DNA from: Clostridia bacterium
Lineage (GTDB): Bacteria; Bacillota; Clostridia; RGIG6154
Length of the DNA: 64,000 nt
Reading direction: 5' to 3'
Assembly (NCBI GenBank): GCA_045589295.1
Contig: JAZNOU010000021.1
Coordinates: 36,636 to 100,635 of the forward strand
Under the pieces are notes generated by a model that worked only from the letters and a program-made list of their open reading frames with translations, made no database searches and was not told the origin of the DNA. The position numbers and the translations under genes were made by a program. This document shows positions 10,181-21,029 of the stretch, piece after piece. Within the stretch, counting starts at the first letter, position 1. The number at the start of each line of letters is the position of its first letter.

Positions 10181-10816
10181 TTATCTCTCTTTAATAGCTT
10201 TCACAACTGCACTCGGATCTTTGGCGTTAAAAACAGTGCTTCCTGCAACAATAATATTTGCACCTGCTTCAATGACATTATCCAAATTATCAAGTTTAAC
10301 TCCGCCATCGATTTCAATATCAAGCTCAGGATAATTTTTACGCAAAAATTTAATTTTATCAAGACAATCTTCAATAAGTGACTGTCCCCCAAATCCCGGA
10401 TTAACAGTCATAATTAAAACCATATCAACATCATCTATGTACGGAAGCAAAACCTCCACAGGTGTAGGCGGATTTATAGTAATACCAACCTTAACACCCA
10501 AATCCTTAATTTGTTTTATAAGTGCATTCATATCATTGGTTGTTTCATAATGAACAGTAATAATATCAGCACCGCTATTTACAAAACTGTCAACATATTT
10601 TTCGGGATTTTCTATCATAAGATGCACATCAAACACTGCTTTTGAATGGGGTCTTAAACTTGAAACTACACAAGGACCTAATGTCAGATTAGGAACAAAA
10701 TGCCCATCCATAACATCAATATGAATATACTCACTTCCCGCGTTTTCCACCATTTGCACTTGGTCTTTAAGCTGTGAAAAATCAGCAGATAATATTGATG
10801 GTGCTACAATTGCCAT
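10181..10816 (-). CDS. rpe: Ribulose-phosphate 3-epimerase
   Basis: APSILSADF, HIDVMDGHFVPNLT.G, DVHLM, MTVNPGFGGQ, IDGG. Confidence 0.97.
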   Translation of the reverse strand: MAIVAPSILSADFSQLKDQVQMVENAGSEYIHIDVMDGHFVPNLTLGPCVVSSLRPHSKAVFDVHLMIENPEKYVDSFVNSGADIITVHYETTNDMNALIKQIKDLGVKVGITINPPTPVEVLLPYIDDVDMVLIMTVNPGFGGQSLIEDCLDKIKFLRKNYPELDIEIDGGVKLDNLDNVIEAGANIIVAGSTVFNAKDPSAVVKAIKER

Positions 10817-10832
10817 AAACTATTCCTCTTTC

Positions 10833-11705
10833 TTACATAAACTTTTCTTTTTTATCACATGCTTCTTCAAACAATGATACATAACTTTCGTATCTACTTT
10901 TTTCAATTTTTCCTTCTTCGGCAAGTTTTTTAACTATACACCCCGGTTCGTTAATGTGTGTGCAACCGGAAAATTTACACTGTCCAAAATACTGTTCAAA
11001 CTCTTTGAAACAAAACGCAAGCTCGTTTTTATCGATTTCAGACAAGTCAACAACACTAAAACCTGGGGTATCCGCAATAAAGCCTCCAAACTTAAGTGGC
11101 AGAAGTGTCGCATGAGTAGTCGTATGTTTGCCGCGCTTGATTTTACCTACTTCACCTGTAGTCCGAGCAAAATTTTCATCCAACATATTAATCAGGCTTG
11201 ACTTTCCAACGCCGGAACATCCTGCAAAAGCTGAAACTTTGCCCTTTAAAACATCTTTAAGTGGTGTAATATCAGTTTTACCGTCTACCGTAGAAGTTAC
11301 AGTCACATTATAGCCTGCATTGGTATAAACCCTTTGTATCTCTGCATAATCCGCAAGATCTGATTTATTGATACAAATACTGACATCAAAATTATTGTAC
11401 TCTAAAAGCCCAAGCAGTTTATCAGTTTGCTTATAATTCGGGGACGGTTCTGCTGCTGCAATTACAACAATAATCTGGTCAACATTTGCTACTGCAGGAC
11501 GTATTAAACTGTTTTTGCGTGGCAGAACTCCTGTAATTGCATAAGTTCCGCTTTGTTCTTCAACAGTTACAATATCTCCAATCAAAAGTCTGATATTCTC
11601 TTTTTTTATTCTACCTCTTGCACGGGCTTCGTAAGTCTTCCCGTCGATCATAACGTAATAGAAACTACCAAACCCGTTAATCAATAATCCTCTTTTTTCA
11701 CTCAT
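10833..11705 (-). CDS. rsgA: Ribosome small subunit-dependent GTPase A
   Basis: Circularly permuted GTPase NKSD / GCSGVGKSS / GKHTT / DTPG and C-terminal CKFSGCTHINEPGC. Confidence 0.96.
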   Translation of the reverse strand: MSEKRGLLINGFGSFYYVMIDGKTYEARARGRIKKENIRLLIGDIVTVEEQSGTYAITGVLPRKNSLIRPAVANVDQIIVVIAAAEPSPNYKQTDKLLGLLEYNNFDVSICINKSDLADYAEIQRVYTNAGYNVTVTSTVDGKTDITPLKDVLKGKVSAFAGCSGVGKSSLINMLDENFARTTGEVGKIKRGKHTTTHATLLPLKFGGFIADTPGFSVVDLSEIDKNELAFCFKEFEQYFGQCKFSGCTHINEPGCIVKKLAEEGKIEKSRYESYVSLFEEACDKKEKFM

Positions 11706-13657
11706 TAGAATTTAATCGTCTTTTCAGTTACCTTCTGGTCATCTATATATGCAACCACTACTACATTTCCGCTACCTGAAACAGGAACGCTTATTGCACC
11801 TTCAGAAGTCTTATGTGTTCCTGTATAAACCGTCTTACCATTTGCAGTTACTTTTACACTTGCTTGCTCTTTGTCCTGAGGAAGCATAACAGTAACCTCT
11901 TTGGTAACTGTAGGCTTATTCGTGTGACCAGACTGGTTATTTTCAGGTGTTGAAATTTCATCATCACCAATTCCTACAGTAATGGTAACTGTAGTTTTTT
12001 CGGTAACCTGTGTCTGCGATGCAATAGACTGTCTGATTACTTTACCTTTTTCAGATATTTTTGACTTTTCATATACAACTTTAGAGTTAAGGTTAACCAC
12101 TGATAACTCACGTTTTGCCTCATCTTCGTCAAGTCCGATAAGTGCAGGAACAACAGGTAGAGGTTCTTCTTCACCAGAACTTACAACCAAGTTAACAATA
12201 TCCACTCCTACCTTTACATTCTTCTTTGCACGTGGTTCAGTCTCTATAACAGTATTTTCTGGTATTGAAGAGTCGGTTTTATATTCAACTGAATATAAAA
12301 TATCCATATCTTCAAGTTTGTTTTGCGCTTGTCGGTAGTCCATATTTACCAAGTCAGGCATTTTAACAACTTCTGCTCCTTTACTTACAATAACAGAAAT
12401 CGTATAAGATGTTTTTATAACTGTTCCCTCTTTGGGATCCTGATCTATGATAACGCCTTCATCATAGTCAGCTGAATACTCAGAGCTTTCTTCTTTAAAC
12501 TTCAGATTTTTATATATTTCTTTTGCTTTATCAAAGTCAACACCTATTAAATCGGGAACTTCAACTTCACCCTTGTTACTACCCGACCATGGCATAGTTC
12601 CCGGGAACATAACAGCAATAACAACAAACGCCAAAATAGCTACAACAAGCACAGACGCACCTATTCCTGCCAACACCGCAACTTTATCCTCCTTCTGTTG
12701 CTGAGCAGTTTTAATTGGTTTCTTTGCTTTTTTACTCGTTTTAGCAGTAGTTTTTTTCATACCTTCTTCAACAGCTCCCACGTCTATTTTTTTTGTTCTA
12801 TACAACTCTTCCTGCTGAAGCTTTTCAGCTCTGTCACCTTCCATTTGCATTACCCATTTAAGTTCAATAAGCATTTCGCCTGCAGACTGAAATCTTTCAC
12901 TTTGGTTTTTTTGCATTGCCTTTAATACTATTTCTTCAACCTCTTTAGGAATAGTAGCAACAATTTCACAAGGGGCTACCGCATCTTCCTGCATATGCTT
13001 TAATGCAACAGAAACAGAGTTGTCACTTTCAAACGGAAGCTTACCCGTAAGCATTTCATACATTACAACACCAAGAGAGTATACATCGGATTTTTCATCT
13101 GTGTACCCACCTCTTGCCTGTTCAGGCGAACAGTAATGAACAGACCCCATTGCACTGTCTTCCACTTTCATTGTAAAAGAAGACACGGCTCTGGCAATAC
13201 CAAAATCTGTAACCTTTAAAACATCATCTTTTGTGACCAAAATATTTTGAGGTTTGATATCACGATGAACAATTCCTTTTCTATGAGCATGCTGAAGTGC
13301 GCATGCAATCTGTGTTGCAAAATCAACAGCTTTTTCCCAGGTAAGTACTCCGTTTTGAGCCAGGTATTCTTTAAGCGTTATACCTTCAACATATTCCATA
13401 ACAATGTAATGTATGTCACCTTCGCTGCCAATATCATATACCGACACAATATTATTGTGCGAAAGACCAGCTGCTGCCTGAGACTCAACATTAAATCTTT
13501 TTAAAAACTCCTCATCGTTTTTAAATTCGTCTTTTAAGACCTTAATGGCAACATACCTGTTGAGATATGTACACTTTGCTTTATATACATTGGCCATTCC
13601 GCCAATACCGATAATTTCTAATATTTCATATCTGCCTGAAAGAAGTTTTCCTGTCAT
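11705..13657 (-). CDS. prkC: PASTA-domain Ser/Thr protein kinase (PrkC/Stk1)
   Basis: GIGGMANVY, VAIK, HRDIKPQN, DFG, YCSPEQ, TM helix, three PASTA repeats (VPDLIG, MPDLVN, VPALIG). Confidence 0.95.
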   Translation of the reverse strand: MTGKLLSGRYEILEIIGIGGMANVYKAKCTYLNRYVAIKVLKDEFKNDEEFLKRFNVESQAAAGLSHNNIVSVYDIGSEGDIHYIVMEYVEGITLKEYLAQNGVLTWEKAVDFATQIACALQHAHRKGIVHRDIKPQNILVTKDDVLKVTDFGIARAVSSFTMKVEDSAMGSVHYCSPEQARGGYTDEKSDVYSLGVVMYEMLTGKLPFESDNSVSVALKHMQEDAVAPCEIVATIPKEVEEIVLKAMQKNQSERFQSAGEMLIELKWVMQMEGDRAEKLQQEELYRTKKIDVGAVEEGMKKTTAKTSKKAKKPIKTAQQQKEDKVAVLAGIGASVLVVAILAFVVIAVMFPGTMPWSGSNKGEVEVPDLIGVDFDKAKEIYKNLKFKEESSEYSADYDEGVIIDQDPKEGTVIKTSYTISVIVSKGAEVVKMPDLVNMDYRQAQNKLEDMDILYSVEYKTDSSIPENTVIETEPRAKKNVKVGVDIVNLVVSSGEEEPLPVVPALIGLDEDEAKRELSVVNLNSKVVYEKSKISEKGKVIRQSIASQTQVTEKTTVTITVGIGDDEISTPENNQSGHTNKPTVTKEVTVMLPQDKEQASVKVTANGKTVYTGTHKTSEGAISVPVSGSGNVVVVAYIDDQKVTEKTIKF

Positions 13658-13676
13658 TTTTATATCCTCCGTTTAC

Positions 13677-14375
13677 TCAGAATTTGACTATAACAGCCGT
13701 AATGTTGTCAGTGCTGCCTTTTTTATATGCCTCATCTACAAGAGTCTTTACCACTACTTCAACACTACTGTCTTGCATCACAATTTCTCTTATATCTTTA
13801 TCGGACATCACTCCACTTAACCCGTCACTGCACAAAACAAGTACATCTCCTTTTTTTATAGTTAACTTAAATGTGTCCACCTTTAATTCTTCTTCACAAC
13901 CAACCGCACGGAGAAGTATGTTTTTATCAGCCCTGCTTTCGGCTTCTTCAGGGGTTATTTTGCCTGAATCTACCAAGGTTTGGACATAAGAATGGTCTGT
14001 TGTTATCTGATTAACTCTATTCTTTGAGCACAAATAACATCTGCTATCACCAACATTTGCAATATATACTTCCTTTTTATCCCATGCACACATCACAACG
14101 GTTGTTCCCATATCGCTCATATCTTTTTCCGATGCAGCTTTTTGCAGGATAAATTTATTTGCAAGCGTTATGGCATCAGCGAGATTTTTTTCATTAAACT
14201 CTGTCAAATTATTCAAATAATCTTTGATATGCTCTACAGCCATATTACTTGCAACTTCACCCTTACTGTGACCGCCCATGCCGTCAGCTACGATTGAAAA
14301 GTTGTCGCAAACCAAAAAACTATCTTCATTATTTTCTCTTCTGCCTTTGTGGGTATATCCCGCAGCTATAACCAT
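13677..14375 (-). CDS. prpC: PP2C-type Ser/Thr phosphatase (PrpC/Stp1)
   Basis: R.NNED, VADGMGGH, MGTT, NVGDSR, CSDGL, DNIT; adjacent to prkC. Confidence 0.93.
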   Translation of the reverse strand: MVIAAGYTHKGRRENNEDSFLVCDNFSIVADGMGGHSKGEVASNMAVEHIKDYLNNLTEFNEKNLADAITLANKFILQKAASEKDMSDMGTTVVMCAWDKKEVYIANVGDSRCYLCSKNRVNQITTDHSYVQTLVDSGKITPEEAESRADKNILLRAVGCEEELKVDTFKLTIKKGDVLVLCSDGLSGVMSDKDIREIVMQDSSVEVVVKTLVDEAYKKGSTDNITAVIVKF

Positions 14376-14404
14376 TTTAATTACCCCTTTGTGTTTACAC
14401 CTTT

Positions 14405-15436
14405 TTATTTTTCCTGTTCATGTCTTCGTCGTAATTGTCCGCAAGATGCATCTATATCACTGCCTAGTTCACGTCTAACTGTAGTCGTAACACCATTTTG
14501 TTCCAAAACCGTTCTAAATGCAAGAATATCCTCAGGTGAACTTTTTACAAATCCAGTTTCTCTTACACTGTTAACCGGTATCAAATTTATATGGCACAAC
14601 ATACCTTTAACAAGTTTTAACAATATTTTCGCAGTTTGCACGGAGTCGTTTACTCCACTTATCAACGAGTATTCAAATGTTACTCTTCTGTTTGTTTTTT
14701 TAATATAGTAGTCTAGTGCATCAAACAACTGTTCCAAATTGTACTTTTTATTAACAGGCATAATTTTACTTCGCATTTCATCATTTGGTGCGTGAAGCGA
14801 AACCGATAATGTAACAGGAAGTCCCTCATCTGCAAGCAGTTTAATTTTAGGTACAATCCCACAAGTGGAAAGCGCAATATGTCTTGCACCAATATTCATT
14901 CCTGCATGATGATTGATATTCCTGATAAACTTAGTCACATTTTCATAATTATCAAGAGGCTCTCCCATACCCATAAGTACAATATTTGAGATTGTAACTC
15001 CACTGTCCTTTGCTGCAAAAATTACCTGATCGGCAATTTCACCTGCGGTAAGATCACGTACTTTACCGCCTAAAGTAGAAGCACAAAACTTACAGCCCAT
15101 ATTACATCCAACCTGAGTTGATATACATATCGGATGACCATGCTTATACTCCATCAAAACACTTTCTATCGTTTCTCCATCCATAAGCTTAAACAAATAC
15201 TTTATGGTAGCATCTTTAGAAACCTGTTTTCTTAAAATTTCCAACTTGGTGATAACGCAAGTACTGTCTAGCTTATCTCTTAATTCTTTTGAAAGATTTG
15301 TCATTTCATCAAAAGATTCTACGCCTTTATAAAGCCATTCATACACTTGTTTTGCGCGGTACTTCTTTTCCCCGATAGACAAAAAATATTCAGTTAGTTC
15401 ATCAAAGGTAAAATCCTTTAATCTCACTTTTTCCAT
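14405..15436 (-). CDS. rlmN: 23S rRNA m2A2503 / tRNA methyltransferase (radical SAM)
   Basis: CNMGCKFC, MGMGEP, SLHAP, DIDASCGQL. Confidence 0.97.
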   Translation of the reverse strand: MEKVRLKDFTFDELTEYFLSIGEKKYRAKQVYEWLYKGVESFDEMTNLSKELRDKLDSTCVITKLEILRKQVSKDATIKYLFKLMDGETIESVLMEYKHGHPICISTQVGCNMGCKFCASTLGGKVRDLTAGEIADQVIFAAKDSGVTISNIVLMGMGEPLDNYENVTKFIRNINHHAGMNIGARHIALSTCGIVPKIKLLADEGLPVTLSVSLHAPNDEMRSKIMPVNKKYNLEQLFDALDYYIKKTNRRVTFEYSLISGVNDSVQTAKILLKLVKGMLCHINLIPVNSVRETGFVKSSPEDILAFRTVLEQNGVTTTVRRELGSDIDASCGQLRRRHEQEK

Positions 15437-15437
15437 A

Positions 15438-16694
15438 TCAAATTCCCTTTACAATTTTGCACATATAAAATCCATCATGAAACTCCGACGGTAAAAGTTG
15501 AACTTCTTTTTCTTTTGAAAGTCCATCGCATTCATTTATAACTCGCTCAACAACACAAGAGTTTTCTTTACTGTTAATTGTACAGGTGCTATAAACAAGT
15601 TGTCCGCCTTTTTTTAAATATTTAATGCAATTTTTAAGTATATTGTACTGCAAATTACTAAGCGCCTCAAAATCTTGCTGAGCCCACTTTATGTCAGGCT
15701 TTTTGGAAATAACTCCCAAACCTGAACATGGTGCGTCAACAAGAATTTTATCAAATTTTTCTTCAAAATCAGGATTAAAAATCTCTCCGTCATTTACTTT
15801 TGTTTCAATTATAGTTATACCAAGGCGATTTGCAGTATTTTCAATCAACTTTGTTCTATGAGAATGCAAATCACAAGACACAATTTTGCCTTTGTTTTGC
15901 ATAAGTTGTGCCATGTAACATGATTTGCCTCCAGGGGCAGCGCAGATATCAAGCACAGTTTCGTTTGACTCAGGTTTAAGCAACTCTGCCGCCAAAGCTG
16001 AAGCCTTATCCTGTATGGTAAACAGTCCATCGTCAAAACCTTCTATTTTTATGTGCGCAAAATTTTTAATAATAAACACATTTTCATCATCAACAAACTC
16101 TGCTTTACTTTTTTCCAGTATTTCTAAAAAGCTTTCTTTGCTGATTTTCAGTAGATTAGGACGCACAGAAATACCTTTGTTGATATTTGACAGTCTCATT
16201 ATTTCTTCTGCTTTTTCAAAACCGTAGTCGTTTACAAATATTTCGGCAATCTCTTTTGGAAAAGAAAATCTTACCATTAAATTCTGCATTTGATCCTCAG
16301 GGTATAAAATCTTCCCTTTTTGCCTTGAAACATTTCGTAAAATTGCGTTTATAAATCCCTTAGCACCGCTATTTGTATACTTATTAGCAAGTTTTACACT
16401 CTCATTACACGCCGCTGAATCTGGAATTTTATCAAGATACATTATTTGGTATATTCCAAGTCTTAAAATATTTTTAACGCTGTCCGAAAGTTTATTTTCC
16501 TTAATTTTTGAAAAAAGATTTCTTATATAATCAAGATTGTTTCTGTATCTCACAACACCATAAATAAGTTCGGTAGCAAGAGCTTTTTCAGAAGCATCCA
16601 GAGGTGACAACGCCTTTTTAAGTTCAAGATTAATATACGTTTTATCTTTTTCGTATTTATTTAAAACATTTAAAGCTAGTTCTCTTGCATTCAT
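15438..16694 (-). CDS. rsmB: 16S rRNA m5C967 methyltransferase
   Basis: NusB-like N-terminus, DICAAPGGKS, DAPCSGLG, YSTCT; start 16694 or 16703. Confidence 0.95.
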   Translation of the reverse strand: MNARELALNVLNKYEKDKTYINLELKKALSPLDASEKALATELIYGVVRYRNNLDYIRNLFSKIKENKLSDSVKNILRLGIYQIMYLDKIPDSAACNESVKLANKYTNSGAKGFINAILRNVSRQKGKILYPEDQMQNLMVRFSFPKEIAEIFVNDYGFEKAEEIMRLSNINKGISVRPNLLKISKESFLEILEKSKAEFVDDENVFIIKNFAHIKIEGFDDGLFTIQDKASALAAELLKPESNETVLDICAAPGGKSCYMAQLMQNKGKIVSCDLHSHRTKLIENTANRLGITIIETKVNDGEIFNPDFEEKFDKILVDAPCSGLGVISKKPDIKWAQQDFEALSNLQYNILKNCIKYLKKGGQLVYSTCTINSKENSCVVERVINECDGLSKEKEVQLLPSEFHDGFYMCKIVKGI

Positions 16695-16695
16695 A

Positions 16696-17376
16696 TCAAT
16701 CATTTCTTCTTGCCAAGCCCAAAAGTCTTATAAGGTTTGCAAGCGCAACTATTGTTGCAGCAACATATGTCATTGCCGCAGCAGATAACACATTTTTTGC
16801 ACCTTTAAGTTCATCATCTGTTAAAATATATTGCTCCTCCATAACTGCCACAGCACGTCTGCTTGCGTTAAATTCAACAGGCAGTGTAACAATCTGAAAA
16901 AGTACAACTGCTGAAAAAAGAATTATTCCAAAATTAATCAGTGTGTCAAACGACATAATTATTCCTAAAATTACCAACGGAAATGCAAGAGTTGAGCCTA
17001 AGTTTGCAACAGGCAAAACGGCATTTCGCATTTTTATAGGCAAATATCCTTTGTTATGTTGTATTGCGTGTCCTGTTTCATGCGCCGCAACACCAAGTGC
17101 AGCAACAGATGTAGAGGAATAAACACCATCAGAAAGTCTAATCACCTTTGTTCTTGGGTCAAAATGATCAGTAAGATTTCCTGAAACTCTTTCAATTGCT
17201 ACATCATAAATTCCATACAAATCTAATATTTTCTGTGCAACTTGAGCACCAGTTATTCCTCTGTGGTTTATCACTTTACTGTATTTGCTAAATGTAGAAG
17301 TAACTCTACTTTGTGCAATCATTGCAATAATAATTGCAGGAAGAACATAAATTAAATATCCTGTATCGAAGTACAT
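16696..17376 (-). CDS. Membrane zinc metallopeptidase (YugP-like)
   Basis: LTDHFDP, AAHETGHA (HExxH), TLPVEFNAS.RA, AAAMTYVA. Confidence 0.92.
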   Translation of the reverse strand: MYFDTGYLIYVLPAIIIAMIAQSRVTSTFSKYSKVINHRGITGAQVAQKILDLYGIYDVAIERVSGNLTDHFDPRTKVIRLSDGVYSSTSVAALGVAAHETGHAIQHNKGYLPIKMRNAVLPVANLGSTLAFPLVILGIIMSFDTLINFGIILFSAVVLFQIVTLPVEFNASRRAVAVMEEQYILTDDELKGAKNVLSAAAMTYVAATIVALANLIRLLGLARRND

Positions 17377-18302
17377 AAATAAGCCTCCTTATTAAACTTA
17401 TATCCTTTTAAAAATTCTTCTGCTGCCATTGGTTTTTTTCCTTCAGGCTGAATTAACTTTAATTCCAAAGATGTATTGTTTCCACACCCCACCTTAAAAA
17501 TTCCATTTTGTGTATCAATTTCTCCAATTTTAAGATTAGAGGTGCAACATACATCTGCACTTAATATTTTTATAATTTTTCCGTCTAAATATGCCTTGGC
17601 ACCGGGAGATGGATTAAGGCCTCTAATAAGGCAAGAGATTTTTCCTGCTTCCATAGAAAAATCAATATAGCTCATTTCCTTTGAAATCATTGGTGCATAA
17701 GTCATTTCATTATGATTTTGCGGAATTCTTTCAAGGGTATTATCTTTGAGTTTTTCAATAGTTTCAGACAGTGCCTCCGAACCTAATGCAGAAAGTTTCT
17801 CAAACATAGTACCTGAAGTATCAGCACCTGAAATTTCTAGCTCTTTTACAACAAGCATATCACCAGTATCAAGTCCCTCATCCATAAGCATAGTTGTTAC
17901 GCCTGTTTTCTTTTCACCATTTATGATGCTCCACTGAATTGGTGCTGCACCCCTGTACTTAGGTAAAAGTGAAGCATGAACGTTTATACATCCGTACTTC
18001 GGATAATTTAAAACAAAATCAGGTAAAATTCTTCCGTATGCAATAACAATTATAAGCTGAGGGTCAAGAGCCTCTAAAAGATTATGAAATTCTTCTGTTT
18101 TTACACTATCAGGTTGGAAAACTTCAAGACCATTTTCCAAAGCAAACTCTTTAACTGGTGGAGGTAATAATTTATATCCTCTACCCTTTTGCCTGTCAGG
18201 CTGGGAAATAACTCCAACAATTTCTATATCTTCTCTTTTTGTAAGCATTTCAAGACAAGGTACTGCAAAATCAGGAGTACCCATAAACAAAGTTTTAATC
18301 AT
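17352..18302 (-). CDS. fmt: Methionyl-tRNA formyltransferase
   Basis: FMGTPDFA, QPDR, NVHASLLPKYRGAAPIQ, GLDTGD; ATG at 18302. Confidence 0.96.
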   Translation of the reverse strand: MIKTLFMGTPDFAVPCLEMLTKREDIEIVGVISQPDRQKGRGYKLLPPPVKEFALENGLEVFQPDSVKTEEFHNLLEALDPQLIIVIAYGRILPDFVLNYPKYGCINVHASLLPKYRGAAPIQWSIINGEKKTGVTTMLMDEGLDTGDMLVVKELEISGADTSGTMFEKLSALGSEALSETIEKLKDNTLERIPQNHNEMTYAPMISKEMSYIDFSMEAGKISCLIRGLNPSPGAKAYLDGKIIKILSADVCCTSNLKIGEIDTQNGIFKVGCGNNTSLELKLIQPEGKKPMAAEEFLKGYKFNKEAYLCTSIQDI

Positions 18303-18765
18303 CGTTGCCATCACCTTCGTAATCAGGGATAATTTTATCAACAAAAAGTGTTCCGCCCAAATGGTCATTTTCGTGACAAATTGCACGTGCTGCCAGACCT
18401 TTTACTGTCATTTCAAACTCTTTACCAAAACGGTCTTTAGCTTTGAATTTAACAATTGCAGGTCTTTCAACATAGCCATATTCACCGGGGCAGCTAAGAC
18501 AGCCTTCCTGAGCAATGTGTTTACCCTTAGTATTAAGGATTTCGGGATTAATGCATTCCACAAGACCTGTTTCTTCTGTTTCTATAATAAATACTCTTCT
18601 TAAAATACCTACCTGAGGCGCTGCTAGACCAACTCCCTGGGCTTCGTGCATTGTTTCTTTCATATCATCAAGCAAATAATGAAGTCTGCCATCAAAATTT
18701 ATAACTTCACGGCAGGTTTTTCTCAAAACTTCATCGCCTTTTTTTACTATATTTCTAATAGCCAT
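18295..18765 (-). CDS. def: Peptide deformylase
   Basis: GVGLAAPQVG, EGCLS, HENDH. Confidence 0.97.
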   Translation of the reverse strand: MAIRNIVKKGDEVLRKTCREVINFDGRLHYLLDDMKETMHEAQGVGLAAPQVGILRRVFIIETEETGLVECINPEILNTKGKHIAQEGCLSCPGEYGYVERPAIVKFKAKDRFGKEFEMTVKGLAARAICHENDHLGGTLFVDKIIPDYEGDGNDD

Positions 18766-18787
18766 ACCCTTGCTCCTTTTATATCAG

Positions 18788-21022
18788 TTACATCATATTA
18801 TTGGGGTTTATATCAAGAGATACCGTAACATCTGCTTTATCTGTAACCTTTACAGCTTCCCTCAAAAATTCTCTTTCACGTTCGCCTGCGATAAGTTTAA
18901 TAATAACACGCCATCTGAATTTATTGTTTATTCTTGACAGCGGTGCAGGCGCCGGTCCTATAATATTAAACGCCACATCATTTGATTTAAATATCTCATT
19001 TATTCTCTTTGAGATATCAACAATGGTGTTTTTAACCTCATTACCATTTATTCCGCTTACAACAATATTTACAATATCACCAAACGGAGGATACCCCATA
19101 CTTTTTCTTAAATGTATTTCCTTTTTATAGAACTCCTTAAAGTCCTGATTTGAAGCACATTCTATAACCCAATGATCAGGTGAATATGTCTGTATAATAG
19201 CTCTGCCTGCGGTATCGCCTCTTCCTGCTCTTCCACAGACTTGTGTTATAAGCTGAAATGTTCTTTCCGCCGCCTGATAATCATCAACATAAAGCATCAT
19301 ATCGGCAGCCAAAACTCCTACCAAAGAAACATTTGGAAAATCAAGTCCCTTTGTTATCATTTGTGTGCCTACAAGTATATCGATTTTTTCCTCACTAAAC
19401 TTTTTTAAGATTTTATGATGTGAAAGTTTTTCCCTTGTAGTATCATTATCCATTCTAATAACTGCAGCATCAGGGAAAAGTCTTTTTAATTCTTCTTCAA
19501 CTTTTTGAGTGCCAATACCAAAATGTCTTATAGCACTGCTTTTACATTTAGGACAAACTGAATAGTTTTTTATGGTATATCCGCAATAATGACATACTAA
19601 TGTATCATTAAATTTATGATATGTCATTGCAATTCCGCATTCAGGACAAATTGCCGCATATCCGCAACTTCTGCAAGAAACAAATGTTGAAAAACCTCGT
19701 CTGTTTAAAAACAAAATAGTCTGCTCACCATTGTTAATATTTTTACGTATTTCTTCCTGCAACGCAGAACTTAAAAACGATTTGTTGCCATTTGAAAGTT
19801 CATATCTCAAATCAACAATATTTACCTCAGGCAAACTGACATTATTATATCGGTTTTTAATCTGTAAAAGTTCCAAATCACCATTTACTGCTCTGTAAGC
19901 ACTTTTCATACTTGGTGTTGCAGATGCAAGTACTAGTGGTGCGTTTTCAAATCTGCAGATTTGTTCAGCGACCTCTCTTGCATCATATTTAGGTGACATA
20001 TCCGATTTGTATGAGTTTTCATGTTCCTCGTCTACCACAATAATTCCAATATTATCGATAGGTGTAAAAATAGCAGACCGTGCGCCCACAACAACATCAA
20101 CTTCACCGGATTTAATTTTATTCCAGCAATCAAATCTTTCGCCGATAGAAAGCCCGCTATGAAAAATAGCAACTCTTTCACCAAGACGACTCTTAAATCT
20201 TTCAGACATCTGTGGCGTAAGCGAAATTTCGGGTACCAATATTATTGCCTTTTTATTATTCTTGACAGCATGAGCTACCGCTTGAAGATACACCTCAGTT
20301 TTACCGCTTCCGGTAATTCCTCGCAACAATATGCCCGCATACTTATCACTGTCAACTTTTTCACATATAAAATCAATAGCCTTTTTCTGCTCATCATTTG
20401 GCATTAAAGGCTGCGTTCTTACAATATTTTCTTCTTTAAACGGATTTCTTTCAACTGCCTTGTCGAACACAGAAATATACCCTTTTTTTTCAAGGGTTGA
20501 AATTGTGGTTCTGGTTGTCATAGCAAGCTCGCCCAAATGAACAACAGGAATTTCCCCCAGTTGATTGAGCAAGTCTAAAACTCTTGCCTGAGCAGGAGCT
20601 TTTCTCTCAAGTTCAGATAAAATTTCACAATATATTTCAGGTTCAATACAAACTCTTGCGAACTTAAGGAGTTTATCACCGTAACCGATATATCCTTTGT
20701 TTTTAGACATCGCACCCGGCGGAAGTAGTTCCTTCAGGCAATCGTAATATGTGCAAACACATCTGTTATGCATCCATTTTAACAAAGTTACATCTCGCTC
20801 GGTCAAAATTGTATCCAAAACCGTATCAATTCTTTTTAGTTTTTCACTTTCTTCCGTTTCGCCAAAACCTATAACAACACCATCAGTTTTTGTGTTTCCC
20901 TTTCCAAAAGGCACAATCACGTGTGAACCGATTTGTGCATCATCAAAAAGGTAATCAAAACATTTATCCACAGCTTTCGATGGATTGTTTATTATTACTT
21001 TGGCTACTTTTACAAGGCTCAT
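18788..21022 (-). CDS. priA: Primosomal protein N'
   Basis: GITGSGKT, LVPEISLT, DEEH, SATP, four CxxC zinc motifs, QVCGRAGR; start 21022 (ATG) or 21037 (TTG). Confidence 0.96.
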   Translation of the reverse strand: MSLVKVAKVIINNPSKAVDKCFDYLFDDAQIGSHVIVPFGKGNTKTDGVVIGFGETEESEKLKRIDTVLDTILTERDVTLLKWMHNRCVCTYYDCLKELLPPGAMSKNKGYIGYGDKLLKFARVCIEPEIYCEILSELERKAPAQARVLDLLNQLGEIPVVHLGELAMTTRTTISTLEKKGYISVFDKAVERNPFKEENIVRTQPLMPNDEQKKAIDFICEKVDSDKYAGILLRGITGSGKTEVYLQAVAHAVKNNKKAIILVPEISLTPQMSERFKSRLGERVAIFHSGLSIGERFDCWNKIKSGEVDVVVGARSAIFTPIDNIGIIVVDEEHENSYKSDMSPKYDAREVAEQICRFENAPLVLASATPSMKSAYRAVNGDLELLQIKNRYNNVSLPEVNIVDLRYELSNGNKSFLSSALQEEIRKNINNGEQTILFLNRRGFSTFVSCRSCGYAAICPECGIAMTYHKFNDTLVCHYCGYTIKNYSVCPKCKSSAIRHFGIGTQKVEEELKRLFPDAAVIRMDNDTTREKLSHHKILKKFSEEKIDILVGTQMITKGLDFPNVSLVGVLAADMMLYVDDYQAAERTFQLITQVCGRAGRGDTAGRAIIQTYSPDHWVIECASNQDFKEFYKKEIHLRKSMGYPPFGDIVNIVVSGINGNEVKNTIVDISKRINEIFKSNDVAFNIIGPAPAPLSRINNKFRWRVIIKLIAGEREREFLREAVKVTDKADVTVSLDINPNNMM

Positions 21023-21029
21023 ATTAAAA